The notes under the pieces are model-generated. The model was not told the origin of the DNA. It searched no databases and worked only from the letters and a program-made list of their open reading frames with translations. This document shows, piece after piece, positions 20,871 through 31,308 of a DNA stretch of 64,000 nt. The translations under genes were made by a program, and so were the position numbers. Source of the DNA: Longimicrobiales bacterium (lineage in GTDB: Bacteria > Gemmatimonadota > Gemmatimonadetes > Longimicrobiales > Gaopeijiaceae); contig OY730414.1 of NCBI GenBank assembly GCA_963422615.1, positions 1,054,001-1,118,000 on the forward strand. The letters are read 5' to 3'. Numbering within the stretch: position 1 is the first letter of the stretch; the number at the start of each line of letters is the position of its first letter.

Positions 20871-22742
20871 ATGTCACCCACTCGGTTCTCCGTTTGTTTT
20901 TCAGCCCTGGTGCTCCTTTCGTGCGGGTCGCCTCCGCGCCCTGTTGACGCGCCCTCTCCGCCGCGTGTCGAAGTGCTGGATCCAGTGTCGAAAGCCGACC
21001 GTGGCCCCGAGCAACTCAAGGTGTCCCTGGAGGCGGATGTACCCACCGTTTCCTGGGCGGAGCGGACCCTGAGGGAGCTCACCCTTCGAAAAAAGGCGGG
21101 TCAGCTCATCATGCCCTGGGTTCTCGGCGACTTCATGCCGCAGGGTGCTTCCGGTGATGAACGGATCCTCGGCTACGTTGAGGAGTTGGGAATCGGCGGG
21201 GTGATCATGTCCGTGGGCTCGCCGACGGAAGTGGCGGCGAAGCTCAATCACCTTCAGGACCGGTCCGACCTTCCGCTCCTCGTTGCCTCCGATCTTGAGA
21301 CCGGTGCCGGCTTCCGGTTGCGGGGTGCCGTCCAGATGCCGGGGGCCATCGAGCTGGGTGGCGCCACCGATTTCCCGTCGCTCATGGCCGTCGGGGCCGC
21401 AGGCCATGAGGGGCTTGCCTACGAGATGGGTCGGATCACGGCGGTGGAGGCCCGGGGGGTCGGCATCCATGTCCCCTTCGCGCCCGTTCTGGATGTCAAC
21501 AACAATCCCGACAACCCCATCATCAACATTCGCTCTTTTGGCGATGATCCGGAGCAGGTGGCCAGGCTCGGTTCCGCGTTGGTGCGTGGGATTCAGGAAC
21601 ATGGAGCGATTGCCACGGGCAAGCACTTCCCGGGACACGGCGACACCGATGTCGACTCCCACCTCGCACTTCCCCGCGTCAACCACGACCGGGCACGTCT
21701 GGACTCCGTGGAGCTCCGGCCGTTTCGAGCGGCGGTGGCTGCCGGTATGGGAGGAGTCATGACCGCCCACATTGCCGTTCCCTCCCTCACGGACGGGACC
21801 CCCATTCCGTCCACCCTTTCCAGTGCGGTTCTGACCGGCCTGTTGCGAGAGCAAATGGGCTTCGAGGGCCTCCTGTTCACCGACGCCATGGACATGCGGG
21901 CAATTTCCCGCCAACACAGCACGGAAGAGGCTGCGGTTCGGGCGGTGGAGGCGGGTGCGGATGTGATCCTCATGCCTCCCTCACCCTTGGCGGCCGTCGA
22001 AGGTATCGTTGCTGCGGTAGAGTCCGGGCGGATTCCCGAATCCCGAATCGACGAATCCGTGCTTCGCATCCTGCAGGCGAAGGCGTCCCTGGGGCTTGAC
22101 ACGGAGCGCAAGGTTCCCATTGAGGCGGTTCGGGAGGTTGTCGGAATACCGGCCCATGTCGAAACCGCAGCGCAGCTGGCAGAACGGTCGATCACCGTCC
22201 TCAGGAATGGCCGCAACTTGCTGCCGCTGCTGGGGACCCGCACCGCTCGGGTAATGTCGGTCTCCTTCAGGAGGTCGTCGGATGTTCTCGCGGGACGCTA
22301 CTTCAACCGACGGGTGGGGCGTGTCTACCCTCGCTTAACGACGGCCTTTGTTGAAGGGGACACCCCGGCGTCCGTTTACGCGACGTTGTCCCGCCAGGCC
22401 CGGGATCAAGCCCTGGTCATCGTGAGCACCTATGTGGCGGCCGTATCGTACCTTGGATCCGTGGCTATGCCAAAAGAGATGAACGATTTTATCAACGGAC
22501 TTCGCAGCGCCGACGTTCCCCACATCGTGGTTTCGTTCGGCAACCCCTACCTCGTCTCGTCGTTCCCGGATGTACAGGCCTACATGCTGGCTTGGAGCGG
22601 CTCGGAGGCGAGCCAGACCGCTGCCGCGGGCGCACTCTTCGGGGACTTTGCCATCGCCGGGCGCACGCCGACCCGAATTCCGCCGCTCTTCAATGTCGGG
22701 GACGGCCTCAACGTGCCCGCAAAAGGGAGAGGGAGCGACTAG
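20871..22742 (+). CDS. GH3 beta-N-acetylglucosaminidase (NagZ-like) lipoprotein
   Basis: Lipobox LLSC; KHFPGHGDTDVDSH motif, FTDAMDM nucleophile region, C-terminal SFGNPY domain (ORF open from 20793). Confidence 0.92.
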   Translation: MSPTRFSVCFSALVLLSCGSPPRPVDAPSPPRVEVLDPVSKADRGPEQLKVSLEADVPTVSWAERTLRELTLRKKAGQLIMPWVLGDFMPQGASGDERILGYVEELGIGGVIMSVGSPTEVAAKLNHLQDRSDLPLLVASDLETGAGFRLRGAVQMPGAIELGGATDFPSLMAVGAAGHEGLAYEMGRITAVEARGVGIHVPFAPVLDVNNNPDNPIINIRSFGDDPEQVARLGSALVRGIQEHGAIATGKHFPGHGDTDVDSHLALPRVNHDRARLDSVELRPFRAAVAAGMGGVMTAHIAVPSLTDGTPIPSTLSSAVLTGLLREQMGFEGLLFTDAMDMRAISRQHSTEEAAVRAVEAGADVILMPPSPLAAVEGIVAAVESGRIPESRIDESVLRILQAKASLGLDTERKVPIEAVREVVGIPAHVETAAQLAERSITVLRNGRNLLPLLGTRTARVMSVSFRRSSDVLAGRYFNRRVGRVYPRLTTAFVEGDTPASVYATLSRQARDQALVIVSTYVAAVSYLGSVAMPKEMNDFINGLRSADVPHIVVSFGNPYLVSSFPDVQAYMLAWSGSEASQTAAAGALFGDFAIAGRTPTRIPPLFNVGDGLNVPAKGRGSD

Positions 22743-23009
22743 AGGCCACGCCTTCCTCCGGGGCCTCACTCCGTTTGGGTCGCTTCAATGGAAGGGTGCC
22801 CCCAAAAGCCGTTTCGCGCCTCACCACAATCCGGCCTGGCCCCCGGGGTCAAATGGCGCATCCCCTCCTCGGACCCTGCCGAGGTCCGGTTCGTCCACCC
22901 GAGCGCTCGCGGAAAAGAACAGCTGGGTGTGCCCCCTGGGCGCCCATGGAAAGCGAAGGATATCGATGCACTTCATTTCCAGTGCGCGGCGACATCCGGC
23001 TCAAATCAG

Positions 23010-23718
23010 CTGTCCGGCTTGGTCGGCGATATCGAAATGGGTAAGATCGTTCTTCCAGATATACAGCGGCACAGGCTGACAGAGTGATCGGTCCCGAGGG
23101 AAAGCAGTTAAGTCCGGATTTGGTCATCATTGATGGCCAACAGAGACTTATATCGTTATACGCAGTAATTTGTGGCCAGCCCGTCATTCGACACAACTTC
23201 AAGAGCGAAGTGATCTACATTGCCTCAACCCATTGGAGGAAAGGTTCGAGGTCGCGAATGCGGCTATCCGAAAAGACAAGGAATTCATAGCAGATATATC
23301 GCGTGTCCGGAGCAGTGAAACGACGATTTCGAAGTTGTAGGTGACGACCTTGACGCGGAAGAAGAAGACGTAGCCGAAGTATTCATTCGCATAAACAGCA
23401 AAGGAAAATCTTTGGTTCAGCGACGCCACCCCGGTCGGCATCGCTGCGGACGTTTTTTCCAGTGAGGATAAGATGTCCCTTCACCTTGGGAACATGGTCA
23501 CGTCTCGGCTTGGACCGGAGGCGATGACCCGAATTAGCCCGCGCTTCTGTGGAGTGGATGGCGAACGGGTCTTGGTGGCGTGCTGCGAAAGGTCACTGAA
23601 GCCGGTGTACGTCAGAGACGGAAATGCCGATCGATTCTACATTCGTATGAGCGTTTTCACGACGAGACTGACGACAAAAGAGACTGTGCAGTACGTCCGG
23701 GACAGGTTTGGTCAATGA
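23010..23718 (+). pseudogene. Fragmented DUF262 (GmrS-like) plus AlbA_2/Schlafen-like domain gene remnant
   Basis: Collinear fragments in shifting frames: IVLPDIQR, IIDGQQRLISLY, NPLEERFEVANAAIRKD, VAEVFIRINSKGK, TPVGIAADVFSSEDKMSLHL...FYIR...YVRDRF; visibly AT-richer than the flanks. Confidence 0.8.
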
Positions 23719-23794
23719 CGCTCCTGGGCGCTTGCGCGTGCTCTTCCCTTTCAGAAGGAGCGGGAGGTCCGCAACTTCCGGAGGCCTACGTGGG

Positions 23795-23806
23795 TAGATT
23801 GTAGAC
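23795..23806 (+). promoter_or_regulatory. Putative -10 box for a leaderless rel transcript
   Basis: TAGATT, then 6 nt, then ATG 23807; no SD between. Confidence 0.4.
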
Positions 23807-26014
23807 ATGGCCAATCGTACAGCGGCAGCCAGGTCGGCGATCACCTCCGGGCTCCCCCGGCCTCTGGCACGAGCGATTGATGCCTTCCCGGATCGGTTCG
23901 ACGTGGAGGCAATTCGGGCCGCCTACGAGCTGGCGGCGGAGGCTCACGCCGGACAGAAGCGGGCGTCGGGAGAGCCCTTCATCACGCATTCGGTAGAGGT
24001 TGCCACCATCGTTGTCCGGCTTCGCCTCGACTCAGCGTCGGTCGTTTCGGCCCTCGTCCACGACGTGGTGGAAGACACGGCGGTTTCCCTTCAAGGCATC
24101 CGGGAGCTGTTCGGGGACGAAGTGGGCGCCATCGTAGACGGCGTGACGAAGATCGGGCGCGTGCGCTTTCGGTCTCACAACGAGGAGCAGGTCGAGAACT
24201 ATCGCAAGCTGCTGCTTTCCATGGCCTTGGACGCCCGGGTCATTCTGGTGAAGCTGGCGGATCGACTGCACAACATGCGTACGCTGGATCATCTGTCTCC
24301 CAGCAAGCAGAGGTCCATTGCCCGGGAGACCCACGAGATTTATGCGCCTCTGGCCCATCGCCTGGGCATGGCAGCCATCAAGTGGGAACTGGAGGACCTG
24401 GCCTTCAAGTTTCTGGACCGGGAAGCCTTCGATGCCCTGCGGAAGCTGGTTCGTCAGCGGCGCCGGAGCCGAGAGCGCCACATCCTGGAGATGCAGCGGC
24501 CTTTGGAGGAGGCTCTGGGCCAAGCGGACATCCCCGCGGACGTGACCGGACGTCCCAAGCACCTGTGGTCGATCCACCGAAAAATGATCACCCAGGATCG
24601 CAGTTACGATGAGATCTACGACCTGATGGCGCTCCGCGTAATTACAGATTCCGTGCAAAACTGCTATGCGGCTTTGGGAATCATCCACAGCACGTGGACG
24701 CCGGTGCAAGACCGCTTTCACGACTACGTGGCGACGCCCAAGTCCAACATGTACCGATCCATCCACACGACCGTGTACGGGGCGGCCGGCCGCCGTTACG
24801 AGATTCAGATTCGCACGGAGGAAATGCACTGGACCGCCGAATACGGAATCGCTGCCCACTGGCGGTACAAGGCGGATGGAAAGGAAAGCGGCGTCGACGA
24901 AGCCCTGACTTGGTTCCGGCAGGTCCTGGAGTGGCAGCAGGAAACCAGTGAGCCCGAGGAATTCATGGAGTTCCTCCGGATGGATCTGTTTCAGGGCGAG
25001 ATCTTCGTGTTCACTCCCCGGGGAGAAGTCAAGCCGCTTCCGGTAGGCGCTTCTCCGATAGACTTTGCCTTTTCCGTCCATACGGAAGTGGGACTGCACT
25101 GTGCGGGGGCAAAGGTGAATGGCCGCATCGCACCCCTGTCGCGGGAGCTCAAGAACGGAGATTCCGTCGAGATCATTACAAACCCCCGCCAGTGGCCCAA
25201 CCGGGACTGGCTGGGCTTTGTGAAGACGGCCCGAGCTCGCCAGCGAATCCGCCAATGGATCCGTCGGGAGGAGCATGGCCGGGCTCTCCGCCTGGGCCAG
25301 GAGTTCTTCCAGAGGGAACTTCGGAAGGCCCGCCGGGCCCGTCCGGGCGAAGACGAAAAGAAGCGGGTCGCCCGGAAACTCGGGTTTTCCAGCTTCGACG
25401 ACACCCTGGTGGCCCTGGCTCGAGGAGACATCGGTCCGACAGCGGTGATCCGGGGATTCTACCCGGACGAGGACCCGGCCGACGTCGTGAAACGGTCGCG
25501 GTCAACCCTGGAGCGCATTGCCGAAAAGATTCGGAAGTCGAACAAAGGGGTGACCATCCAGGGCGTGGACAACCTGATGGTTCGGTACTCCCAGTGTTGT
25601 CAGCCCGTTCCCGGAGACCAGGTGATCGGCTACATCACGCGGGGCCGGGGGATATCGATCCATCGAACGGACTGTCCGAACGTGCTCAACCTGGACCAGG
25701 ATCCGGGGCGCAGAGTAGAAATCGAGTGGAAGGCAGAGCGGGGGGACCGTTTCTTCGTGCACCTTCAAATGGAGGGGACGGACCGGCGGGGCCTCCTGGG
25801 GGACGTGGCCAGGACGATTACCGACACGGCCACCGACATTCGGCACGCGGATATGCGCGCCACTGACGGGGGGATGACCGCCGCCTTCGTTGTGGAGGTT
25901 CAGAACCTGAACCACCTCCGGCGCATCATGGAAGCCGTACAGAGCGTCCAGGGAGTAATCTCGGTGGTCCGGCGAGAGAGTCTTGGGGAGAGCGAGCTGC
26001 TTGATGGCGGCTAG
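23807..26014 (+). CDS. rel: Bifunctional (p)ppGpp synthetase/hydrolase Rel (RelA/SpoT)
   Basis: [12 protein letters not shown], intact HD motif [28 protein letters not shown] (VFTP), [11 protein letters not shown] domain. Confidence 0.97.
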   Translation: MANRTAAARSAITSGLPRPLARAIDAFPDRFDVEAIRAAYELAAEAHAGQKRASGEPFITHSVEVATIVVRLRLDSASVVSALVHDVVEDTAVSLQGIRELFGDEVGAIVDGVTKIGRVRFRSHNEEQVENYRKLLLSMALDARVILVKLADRLHNMRTLDHLSPSKQRSIARETHEIYAPLAHRLGMAAIKWELEDLAFKFLDREAFDALRKLVRQRRRSRERHILEMQRPLEEALGQADIPADVTGRPKHLWSIHRKMITQDRSYDEIYDLMALRVITDSVQNCYAALGIIHSTWTPVQDRFHDYVATPKSNMYRSIHTTVYGAAGRRYEIQIRTEEMHWTAEYGIAAHWRYKADGKESGVDEALTWFRQVLEWQQETSEPEEFMEFLRMDLFQGEIFVFTPRGEVKPLPVGASPIDFAFSVHTEVGLHCAGAKVNGRIAPLSRELKNGDSVEIITNPRQWPNRDWLGFVKTARARQRIRQWIRREEHGRALRLGQEFFQRELRKARRARPGEDEKKRVARKLGFSSFDDTLVALARGDIGPTAVIRGFYPDEDPADVVKRSRSTLERIAEKIRKSNKGVTIQGVDNLMVRYSQCCQPVPGDQVIGYITRGRGISIHRTDCPNVLNLDQDPGRRVEIEWKAERGDRFFVHLQMEGTDRRGLLGDVARTITDTATDIRHADMRATDGGMTAAFVVEVQNLNHLRRIMEAVQSVQGVISVVRRESLGESELLDGG

Positions 26015-26043
26015 GGGCTCCAGGGGTGGGGACAGGGTCTGGG

Positions 26044-28032
26044 ATGCCTGACTTCGAGATCCAGGCTCCCTTTGTGCCCCGGGGGGATCAGCCCGCGGCA
26101 ATCGCCGAGCTGGTGGCGGAACTTCGGGTCGGACGCCGTTTCCAGACCTTGCTGGGCGCGACGGGCACGGGGAAAACCCTCACGATCGCCCACGTCATCT
26201 CCGAAATGAAGCGTCCCGCCTTGATCATGTCCCACAACAAGACGCTCGCGGCTCAGCTCTACGGAGAGCTCAAGTCTCTGCTTCCGACCAACGCGGTCGA
26301 ATACTTCATCTCGTACTACGACTACTACCAACCCGAAGCCTACGTCCCGGCGACCGACACATACATCGAGAAGGACGCCTCCAGCAATGAGGACATCGAA
26401 CGCCTGCGCCTCCGGGCTACGTCGTCTCTCATCGAACGCCGGGACGTTGTGGTGGTTGCCTCCGTTTCGTGCATCTACGGCTTGGGGAATCCGGCGGACT
26501 ACCGGGGCCTCATGTTCCACCTTTCGGTTGGCGACGAGCTCCCTCGCCAGGAGATCCTTCGAAGCTTGGTGGACATCCTCTACCGAAGAAACGACGTCTC
26601 CTTCGAGCGGGGGACTTTCCGGGTTCGGGGCGACACGATCGAGGTGTTTCCGGCGTACGAGGAACAGGCGATTCGGATCGAGCTTTGGGGGGATGAGGTG
26701 GAGCGGATCACTCGGTTCGACCCTCTGACCGGCGAGCCCGTCACTTCTCTGAACCGAACCGCCATCTATCCGACTTCGCACTACGTCACCCCGCGTCGAA
26801 CGGTCGAAGAAATGGTGCCCATGATTCGGAAGGAACTGGCCAGCGCCGTAACCGACTTCCGGGCCCGTGAGCTGCTGTTGGAAGCCCAGCGCATCGAGAC
26901 CCGGACCCACTTCGATCTGGAGATGATGCTGGAGGTCGGAACCTGTCCCGGGATCGAAAACTACAGCCGCTACACGAGCGGACGCCGGGAAGGGGAGCGG
27001 CCTGCCTGCCTGATCGACTACTTTCCCGAAGACTATTTGCTGATCGTTGACGAATCCCACGTCACCGTGCCGCAGGTCCACGGAATGTACAAAGGCGACC
27101 GGTCGCGGAAACTCACCTTGGTGGAGCACGGTTTCCGACTCCCTTCCGCCGTTGACAACCGCCCCCTTCGCTTTGAGGAATGGGAGTCCCTGGTCAATCA
27201 GGTCGTCTTCGTTTCGGCAACGCCGGGGGACTACGAGCTGGAGCGGTGCGGTGGTGTGGTGACGGAGCAGATCATCCGTCCCACGGGCCTGGTGGACCCG
27301 CCCATCGAGGTTCGCCCGGTGCGAGGACAGGTGGACGACCTCCTGGCCGAGATCCGCGACCGCGCCGCGCAGGACGAACGGGTCCTGGTCACCACGCTGA
27401 CCAAGCGCATGGCGGAAGACCTCTCGGAGTATCTTCAGTCCGTGGGGGTTCGAGTCCGGTACATGCACGCCGACATCAACGCCATTGAGCGCATGGAGAT
27501 CCTGCGGGCACTGCGCCTTGGCAAGATCGAAGTGCTGGTCGGGATCAACCTGCTGCGGGAGGGGCTCGATCTTCCGGAGGTGTCCCTGGTGGCGATTCTG
27601 GATGCCGACAAGGAAGGATTTCTCCGGAACGCCCGCTCCCTCATTCAGACCGTGGGACGGGCAGCCCGCAACGCCAACGGACGGGCGATCCTGTACGCCG
27701 ACCGGACGACCGATTCCATGCGGTCCTGCATTGACGAGACGGAGCGTCGGCGGGAGGTGCAGATTGCCCACAATGAGCGCCACGGAATCACCCCCCAGAC
27801 CATTCGCAAGAGCGTGGAGCAGATCGAACTCTCGACTCGGGTCGCGGATGTCCGGGAGCGGCCGGTGGCCCGGGTGGCCGAGCCCGTTGCGGCATACAAA
27901 GACGAAGTGGACTTGGAAGAATTCCTCAAGATCCTTGCCGAAGAAATGACCAAGGCGGCGGAGGCCCTCGACTTCGAGCGGGCGGCGGCTTTGCGAGACC
28001 AGATGCTCGAGCTGAAGGCGAATGCGCAATGA
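26044..28032 (+). CDS. uvrB: Excinuclease ABC subunit B
   Basis: [45 protein letters not shown] tail FERAAALRD. Confidence 0.99.
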   Translation: MPDFEIQAPFVPRGDQPAAIAELVAELRVGRRFQTLLGATGTGKTLTIAHVISEMKRPALIMSHNKTLAAQLYGELKSLLPTNAVEYFISYYDYYQPEAYVPATDTYIEKDASSNEDIERLRLRATSSLIERRDVVVVASVSCIYGLGNPADYRGLMFHLSVGDELPRQEILRSLVDILYRRNDVSFERGTFRVRGDTIEVFPAYEEQAIRIELWGDEVERITRFDPLTGEPVTSLNRTAIYPTSHYVTPRRTVEEMVPMIRKELASAVTDFRARELLLEAQRIETRTHFDLEMMLEVGTCPGIENYSRYTSGRREGERPACLIDYFPEDYLLIVDESHVTVPQVHGMYKGDRSRKLTLVEHGFRLPSAVDNRPLRFEEWESLVNQVVFVSATPGDYELERCGGVVTEQIIRPTGLVDPPIEVRPVRGQVDDLLAEIRDRAAQDERVLVTTLTKRMAEDLSEYLQSVGVRVRYMHADINAIERMEILRALRLGKIEVLVGINLLREGLDLPEVSLVAILDADKEGFLRNARSLIQTVGRAARNANGRAILYADRTTDSMRSCIDETERRREVQIAHNERHGITPQTIRKSVEQIELSTRVADVRERPVARVAEPVAAYKDEVDLEEFLKILAEEMTKAAEALDFERAAALRDQMLELKANAQ

Positions 28033-28487
28033 AGTTGACCGAAGATCAACTCACGGAGTGGGGTCGCCGAATCGGCGCAGAAGTCGCTCCCCCCGTGTTC
28101 ATCGGCCTCAAAGGACCGTTGGGAGCCGGGAAGTCCGTTTTCGCCCGGGCTGTGGCAAGAGGGGCCGGTGTGGAGGCGGTTCTGCCGTCTCCCACCTTCA
28201 ACTTCTTTTTCCGATACCCCGTGCCGGGCCGGTTTCCGGTGATTCACGCCGATCTCTTCCGCATCGGTTCCGTGCCGGAGCTGGCAGAGATCGGCTGGGA
28301 CGAAATACTCGCCGAAACCGCCATCGTGCTGACGGAGTGGCCCTGCCGGGCAGAGGGCGAGTTGCCCCCGGACCGTTGGGAAGTCGACTTGCGAATTCCC
28401 GACGATGCGCCGGAGCGGAGGACGGCGGGTGTGGAGCGGTTCGGGGATCCCGGACACCTCCCCCGGTATCCCGTGGTGCTTGGGTAG
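28029..28487 (+). CDS. tsaE: tRNA threonylcarbamoyladenosine biosynthesis ATPase TsaE
   Basis: [27 protein letters not shown] overlap with uvrB. Confidence 0.9.
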   Translation: MKLTEDQLTEWGRRIGAEVAPPVFIGLKGPLGAGKSVFARAVARGAGVEAVLPSPTFNFFFRYPVPGRFPVIHADLFRIGSVPELAEIGWDEILAETAIVLTEWPCRAEGELPPDRWEVDLRIPDDAPERRTAGVERFGDPGHLPRYPVVLG

Positions 28488-28528
28488 TGGACCTTGGGCA
28501 CTGTCCCCCTCAGGGGGACCCCCGGTCC

Positions 28529-29386
28529 ATGGCGGAGAGTTCGATAAGGAGCGCCGGGGTTTCCGCCTCGGCGACACACGCCATCGGACCGGTGAGCCGG
28601 ATCCCCCCCGGTTGCTTTCTGGGGATCGAGACCTCGTGGAGGGTGGGTTCGGTTGCGCTGGCGGCGAATGGGTCCGTTGTCGCCCGACGATTTCTCCCAG
28701 GCCCCGCCACCCATGCGGAAAAGCTGATCCCCGCAGTTGGGGAGGTCCTTGAGGAAGCGGAGGTCAGCCGGAAGGAACTTGCGGGGGTCGTGATCGGAGC
28801 GGGACCGGGCTCCTTCACCGGGGTTCGCATCGGCGTCGCTGCAGCCAAGGGCCTTGCGGTGGGCTTGGACATTCCGCTCTACCCCACTTCGAGCTTGCGG
28901 GCCGCGTCCTTCGCTGTGGAATCGGTGGGACCGGAGGCCGCCTGGGTCCCGGGGCTGGCTCGGGAGCTGGGACAGTCCCCCGGCCTGGAGTCCGCCGCCG
29001 GAGACGGCGCGGCACTGTCGGGGCCCCTTCCCGGTTTGGCGGTCACCGGGGACGAACGGCAGATCCGCTACGTGATCCTGGACGCCCGGGGAGGCCGAGT
29101 GTACGGGGCTTGTTACGACGTGGGGGTGGCGGGATCGGTCCAAGTGATTCCTCCCCACGGCGGGACGATCGTGGACTTGATCAACCGGAAACCCCCCAGG
29201 GGCGCGGTTTTCACGGGTGACGGGGCAGCGGCCCACGCGAAACTGGTGCGGGCCGCGGGGTACACGCTCTTGCCGGCGCCCGCCGGTGTTCCACTCGCCG
29301 ATGCGGTACTCCGGTGCTGCAAGTGGAAGGCTGTCGAACCGGGGGCGTGGGAGCCCCGGTACGTGAGAAGCTGGAAGCCGGGATGA
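28529..29386 (+). CDS. tsaB: tRNA threonylcarbamoyladenosine biosynthesis protein TsaB
   Basis: LGIETS, HAEKL, GPGSFTGVRIG, LDARGG.VY, EPRYVR; start 28529 or 28592. Confidence 0.92.
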   Translation: MAESSIRSAGVSASATHAIGPVSRIPPGCFLGIETSWRVGSVALAANGSVVARRFLPGPATHAEKLIPAVGEVLEEAEVSRKELAGVVIGAGPGSFTGVRIGVAAAKGLAVGLDIPLYPTSSLRAASFAVESVGPEAAWVPGLARELGQSPGLESAAGDGAALSGPLPGLAVTGDERQIRYVILDARGGRVYGACYDVGVAGSVQVIPPHGGTIVDLINRKPPRGAVFTGDGAAAHAKLVRAAGYTLLPAPAGVPLADAVLRCCKWKAVEPGAWEPRYVRSWKPG

Positions 29387-29576
29387 GTCGGCAGGCAATG
29401 TTCCCTGCGAAAAACCCGAGAGGGGTGGCAGGGCCGCCGTTGCGGAAATCGAGAATGTGATCGTTTTCTAGCCGGGCAGCCGGAGACGTCCACGGGAGCC
29501 TGGATCTCACCCGAGGTGAACGTCGCCGCCGGGTTTACGGCGTCCCGACCTGTTGGTCGCTGGGTCGAACGAAGGC

Positions 29577-29604
29577 CCGGCCCGGATGGGCCGGACCCCC
29601 TTTT
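29577..29604 (+). terminator. Possible intrinsic terminator between convergent tsaB and hsp20
   Basis: CCGGCCC-GGAT-GGGCCGG stem followed by CCCCCTTTT. Confidence 0.35.
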
Positions 29605-29654
29605 GCTCCCTTTGCCCGGGATCCCCCGAGAGGCAGCTCTGGTCCTGCCGGGCG

Positions 29655-30110
29655 TCAGACCTTGCGGGCCACCTTGATCTCCCGGCTTCGGGCTTCCTTG
29701 GCCTTGGGCAGCCGAATGGTCAGAAGGCCGTTTTCGAAATCGGCCGTGATGGCGTCGGCGCGGACGGTGCGAGGCAGGGTGAAGGACCTGCGGAAGGTGC
29801 CGAAACTGCGCTCCACGAGGTGGTACTTCCCGCCGTCTTCGCCTTCTTCCCTCCCGTCGCGCTTCTCCCCGGAGATGGTCAGAACGTTGTTCTCCAGGTT
29901 GATCTTGACGGAGGTTTCGTTCATCCCGGGCAATTCGGCCGTGAGGAGCAGCTCGCCCTCTTTCTCTTCCACGCTCACGGCAGGAACCCAGTTGGACCCG
30001 TAGGTCAGGTGGCCGAGCTCGGCGTCCTCGAACAGGCGGTTCATGCGGTTGGCAAGCAGGTCGAAGGAGTGCCCGAGGCTCGGGCGGCGGGCGTATTTGA
30101 CCAGTGACAT
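29655..30110 (-). CDS. Hsp20/alpha-crystallin small heat shock protein
   Basis: WVPAVSV.E, AELPG, LTISGEK, ERSFGTFRRSFTLP, FENGLLTIRLPK; AGGAG SD before ATG 30110. Confidence 0.97.
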   Translation of the reverse strand: MSLVKYARRPSLGHSFDLLANRMNRLFEDAELGHLTYGSNWVPAVSVEEKEGELLLTAELPGMNETSVKINLENNVLTISGEKRDGREEGEDGGKYHLVERSFGTFRRSFTLPRTVRADAITADFENGLLTIRLPKAKEARSREIKVARKV

Positions 30111-30175
30111 AGTGATGACTCCTTTTTCCATGAGGTTCGTCATGCGCGCTTCTTTTGCGCGCCAACTCCCGCTTA

Positions 30176-30193
30176 TAGCACGAGGCGTGCCAG
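30176..30193 (-). promoter_or_regulatory. Sigma-54 (-24/-12) promoter of hsp20
   Basis: Minus strand CTGGCACGCCTCGTGCTA matches YTGGCACG-N4-TTGCW with GG-N10-GC spacing. Confidence 0.8.
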
Positions 30194-30252
30194 CCATTTT
30201 CTGCCCGCTTTGGCCAGTGGGACGGGGTTGCGTTTGGACGACTGTGGCAAGA

Positions 30253-30311
30253 GAACTGCCAGGTTGGCAGTTCCGCCGGAGTCACCCGAGGGACACCTGC
30301 CGGAACGGCAG
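30253..30311. promoter_or_regulatory. Two palindromes, candidate enhancer-binding-protein sites
   Basis: GAACTGCCA-GGT-TGGCAGTTC (30253-30273) and CTGCCG-GAA-CGGCAG (30297-30311). Confidence 0.6.
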
Positions 30312-30363
30312 AACCGGGCTCCTCGTTGTCCGATTGTGTCTGCCACACGGGTTCGGGAGTGTT

Positions 30364-31308
30364 CTAATGCGTGGCGATCGGAGTGGTGTCCTGGGAGGCC
30401 CGACCGGGCGGGGCCAGGGCGATGGCCTTGCGGGCTGCGCCCCGCTCGGGGACGACGGGAGCCTGGAGCACTCCGCACCCCAGTTCCGCGGCGATTCCGT
30501 CGACGAAATCCCGCAGCGGGCTTCCTTCCGTGACGAGTCCTCCCACGAAGGCGACGGGCGGGGCCCCCTTCCACCCTCCCGTGCGACGGAGCGTCGCCTC
30601 CAGGAGCGCGCGGATCCCGCCCAGGGCCACGCGGATCACCTTGGCGGCGGCGGGGTCGCCCTCATGGGCCGCGCGGATCACAGGCACGGACAGGGCGGCG
30701 ATGTTCCCCTTGGTTGCCACCGCAGCCCACGCTGCCAAATCTCCGGGGCTGCCGGTACCGGTCTGCCGAAGCAACCCGGTCGTCAGGGCGGTTTCCGGCT
30801 CTCGACCGTCGGCGCTCCGCACCACGGCTCGCAGGCCCTGGAGGCCGATCCGGTAGCCGCTCCCTTCATCCCCGAGCAGGCTGCCCCATCCGCCTACGGT
30901 CACCCTGGTTCCGTGAGGGTCCGTCGCGAGAACCACCGATCCGGTTCCCGCGACCAAGAGGATCCCGGGACCCTCCCTGAAGGCATCGGCGTGAGCGGCT
31001 TGGACATCCGTGCCTACCCTTGTCCGACGGGCGATTCCGGATTCCCGCAGGGCTGTCTCCACGGCTTTCCTGGGTCCCTCCCGTCCCGCGCCCGCCAGAC
31101 CCGCCCACAGGCCACAGGCGGGAAGCGAGGCACCAGCGGTATCCACAGCTGTGCGCACAAGTGCTTCGATGGTCGGGGCGGCCGCCGCGGGGTTGGCGGG
31201 ATGAACCAGCCCTGGCCCTCCTTCCGCCCCTCCCAGCTTCCGTCCGTGGCGATCCGTCACCCAAGCGCGGGAGCGAGTGCCCCCGCCGTCCACGCCGACC
31301 CAGGTCAC
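30364..31308 (-). CDS. BadF/BadG/BcrA/BcrD family sugar kinase (GlcNAc/MurNAc kinase-like)
   Basis: VGVDGGGTRS, AGLAGAG, LLVAGTGS, GGWGSLLGDEGSG; GTG start overlaps the symporter stop. Confidence 0.9.
   Translation of the reverse strand: MTWVGVDGGGTRSRAWVTDRHGRKLGGAEGGPGLVHPANPAAAAPTIEALVRTAVDTAGASLPACGLWAGLAGAGREGPRKAVETALRESGIARRTRVGTDVQAAHADAFREGPGILLVAGTGSVVLATDPHGTRVTVGGWGSLLGDEGSGYRIGLQGLRAVVRSADGREPETALTTGLLRQTGTGSPGDLAAWAAVATKGNIAALSVPVIRAAHEGDPAAAKVIRVALGGIRALLEATLRRTGGWKGAPPVAFVGGLVTEGSPLRDFVDGIAAELGCGVLQAPVVPERGAARKAIALAPPGRASQDTTPIATH

Noticed and set aside
22780..22800. GCTTCAATGG resembling the start of some CRISPR repeats
   Set aside because: Single occurrence, no repeat-spacer periodicity, no cas genes
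30176..30193. CIRCE/HrcA operator reading of TAGCAC...GTGCCA
   Set aside because: Spacing does not fit TTAGCACTC-N9-GAGTGCTAA; it fits the sigma-54 consensus instead
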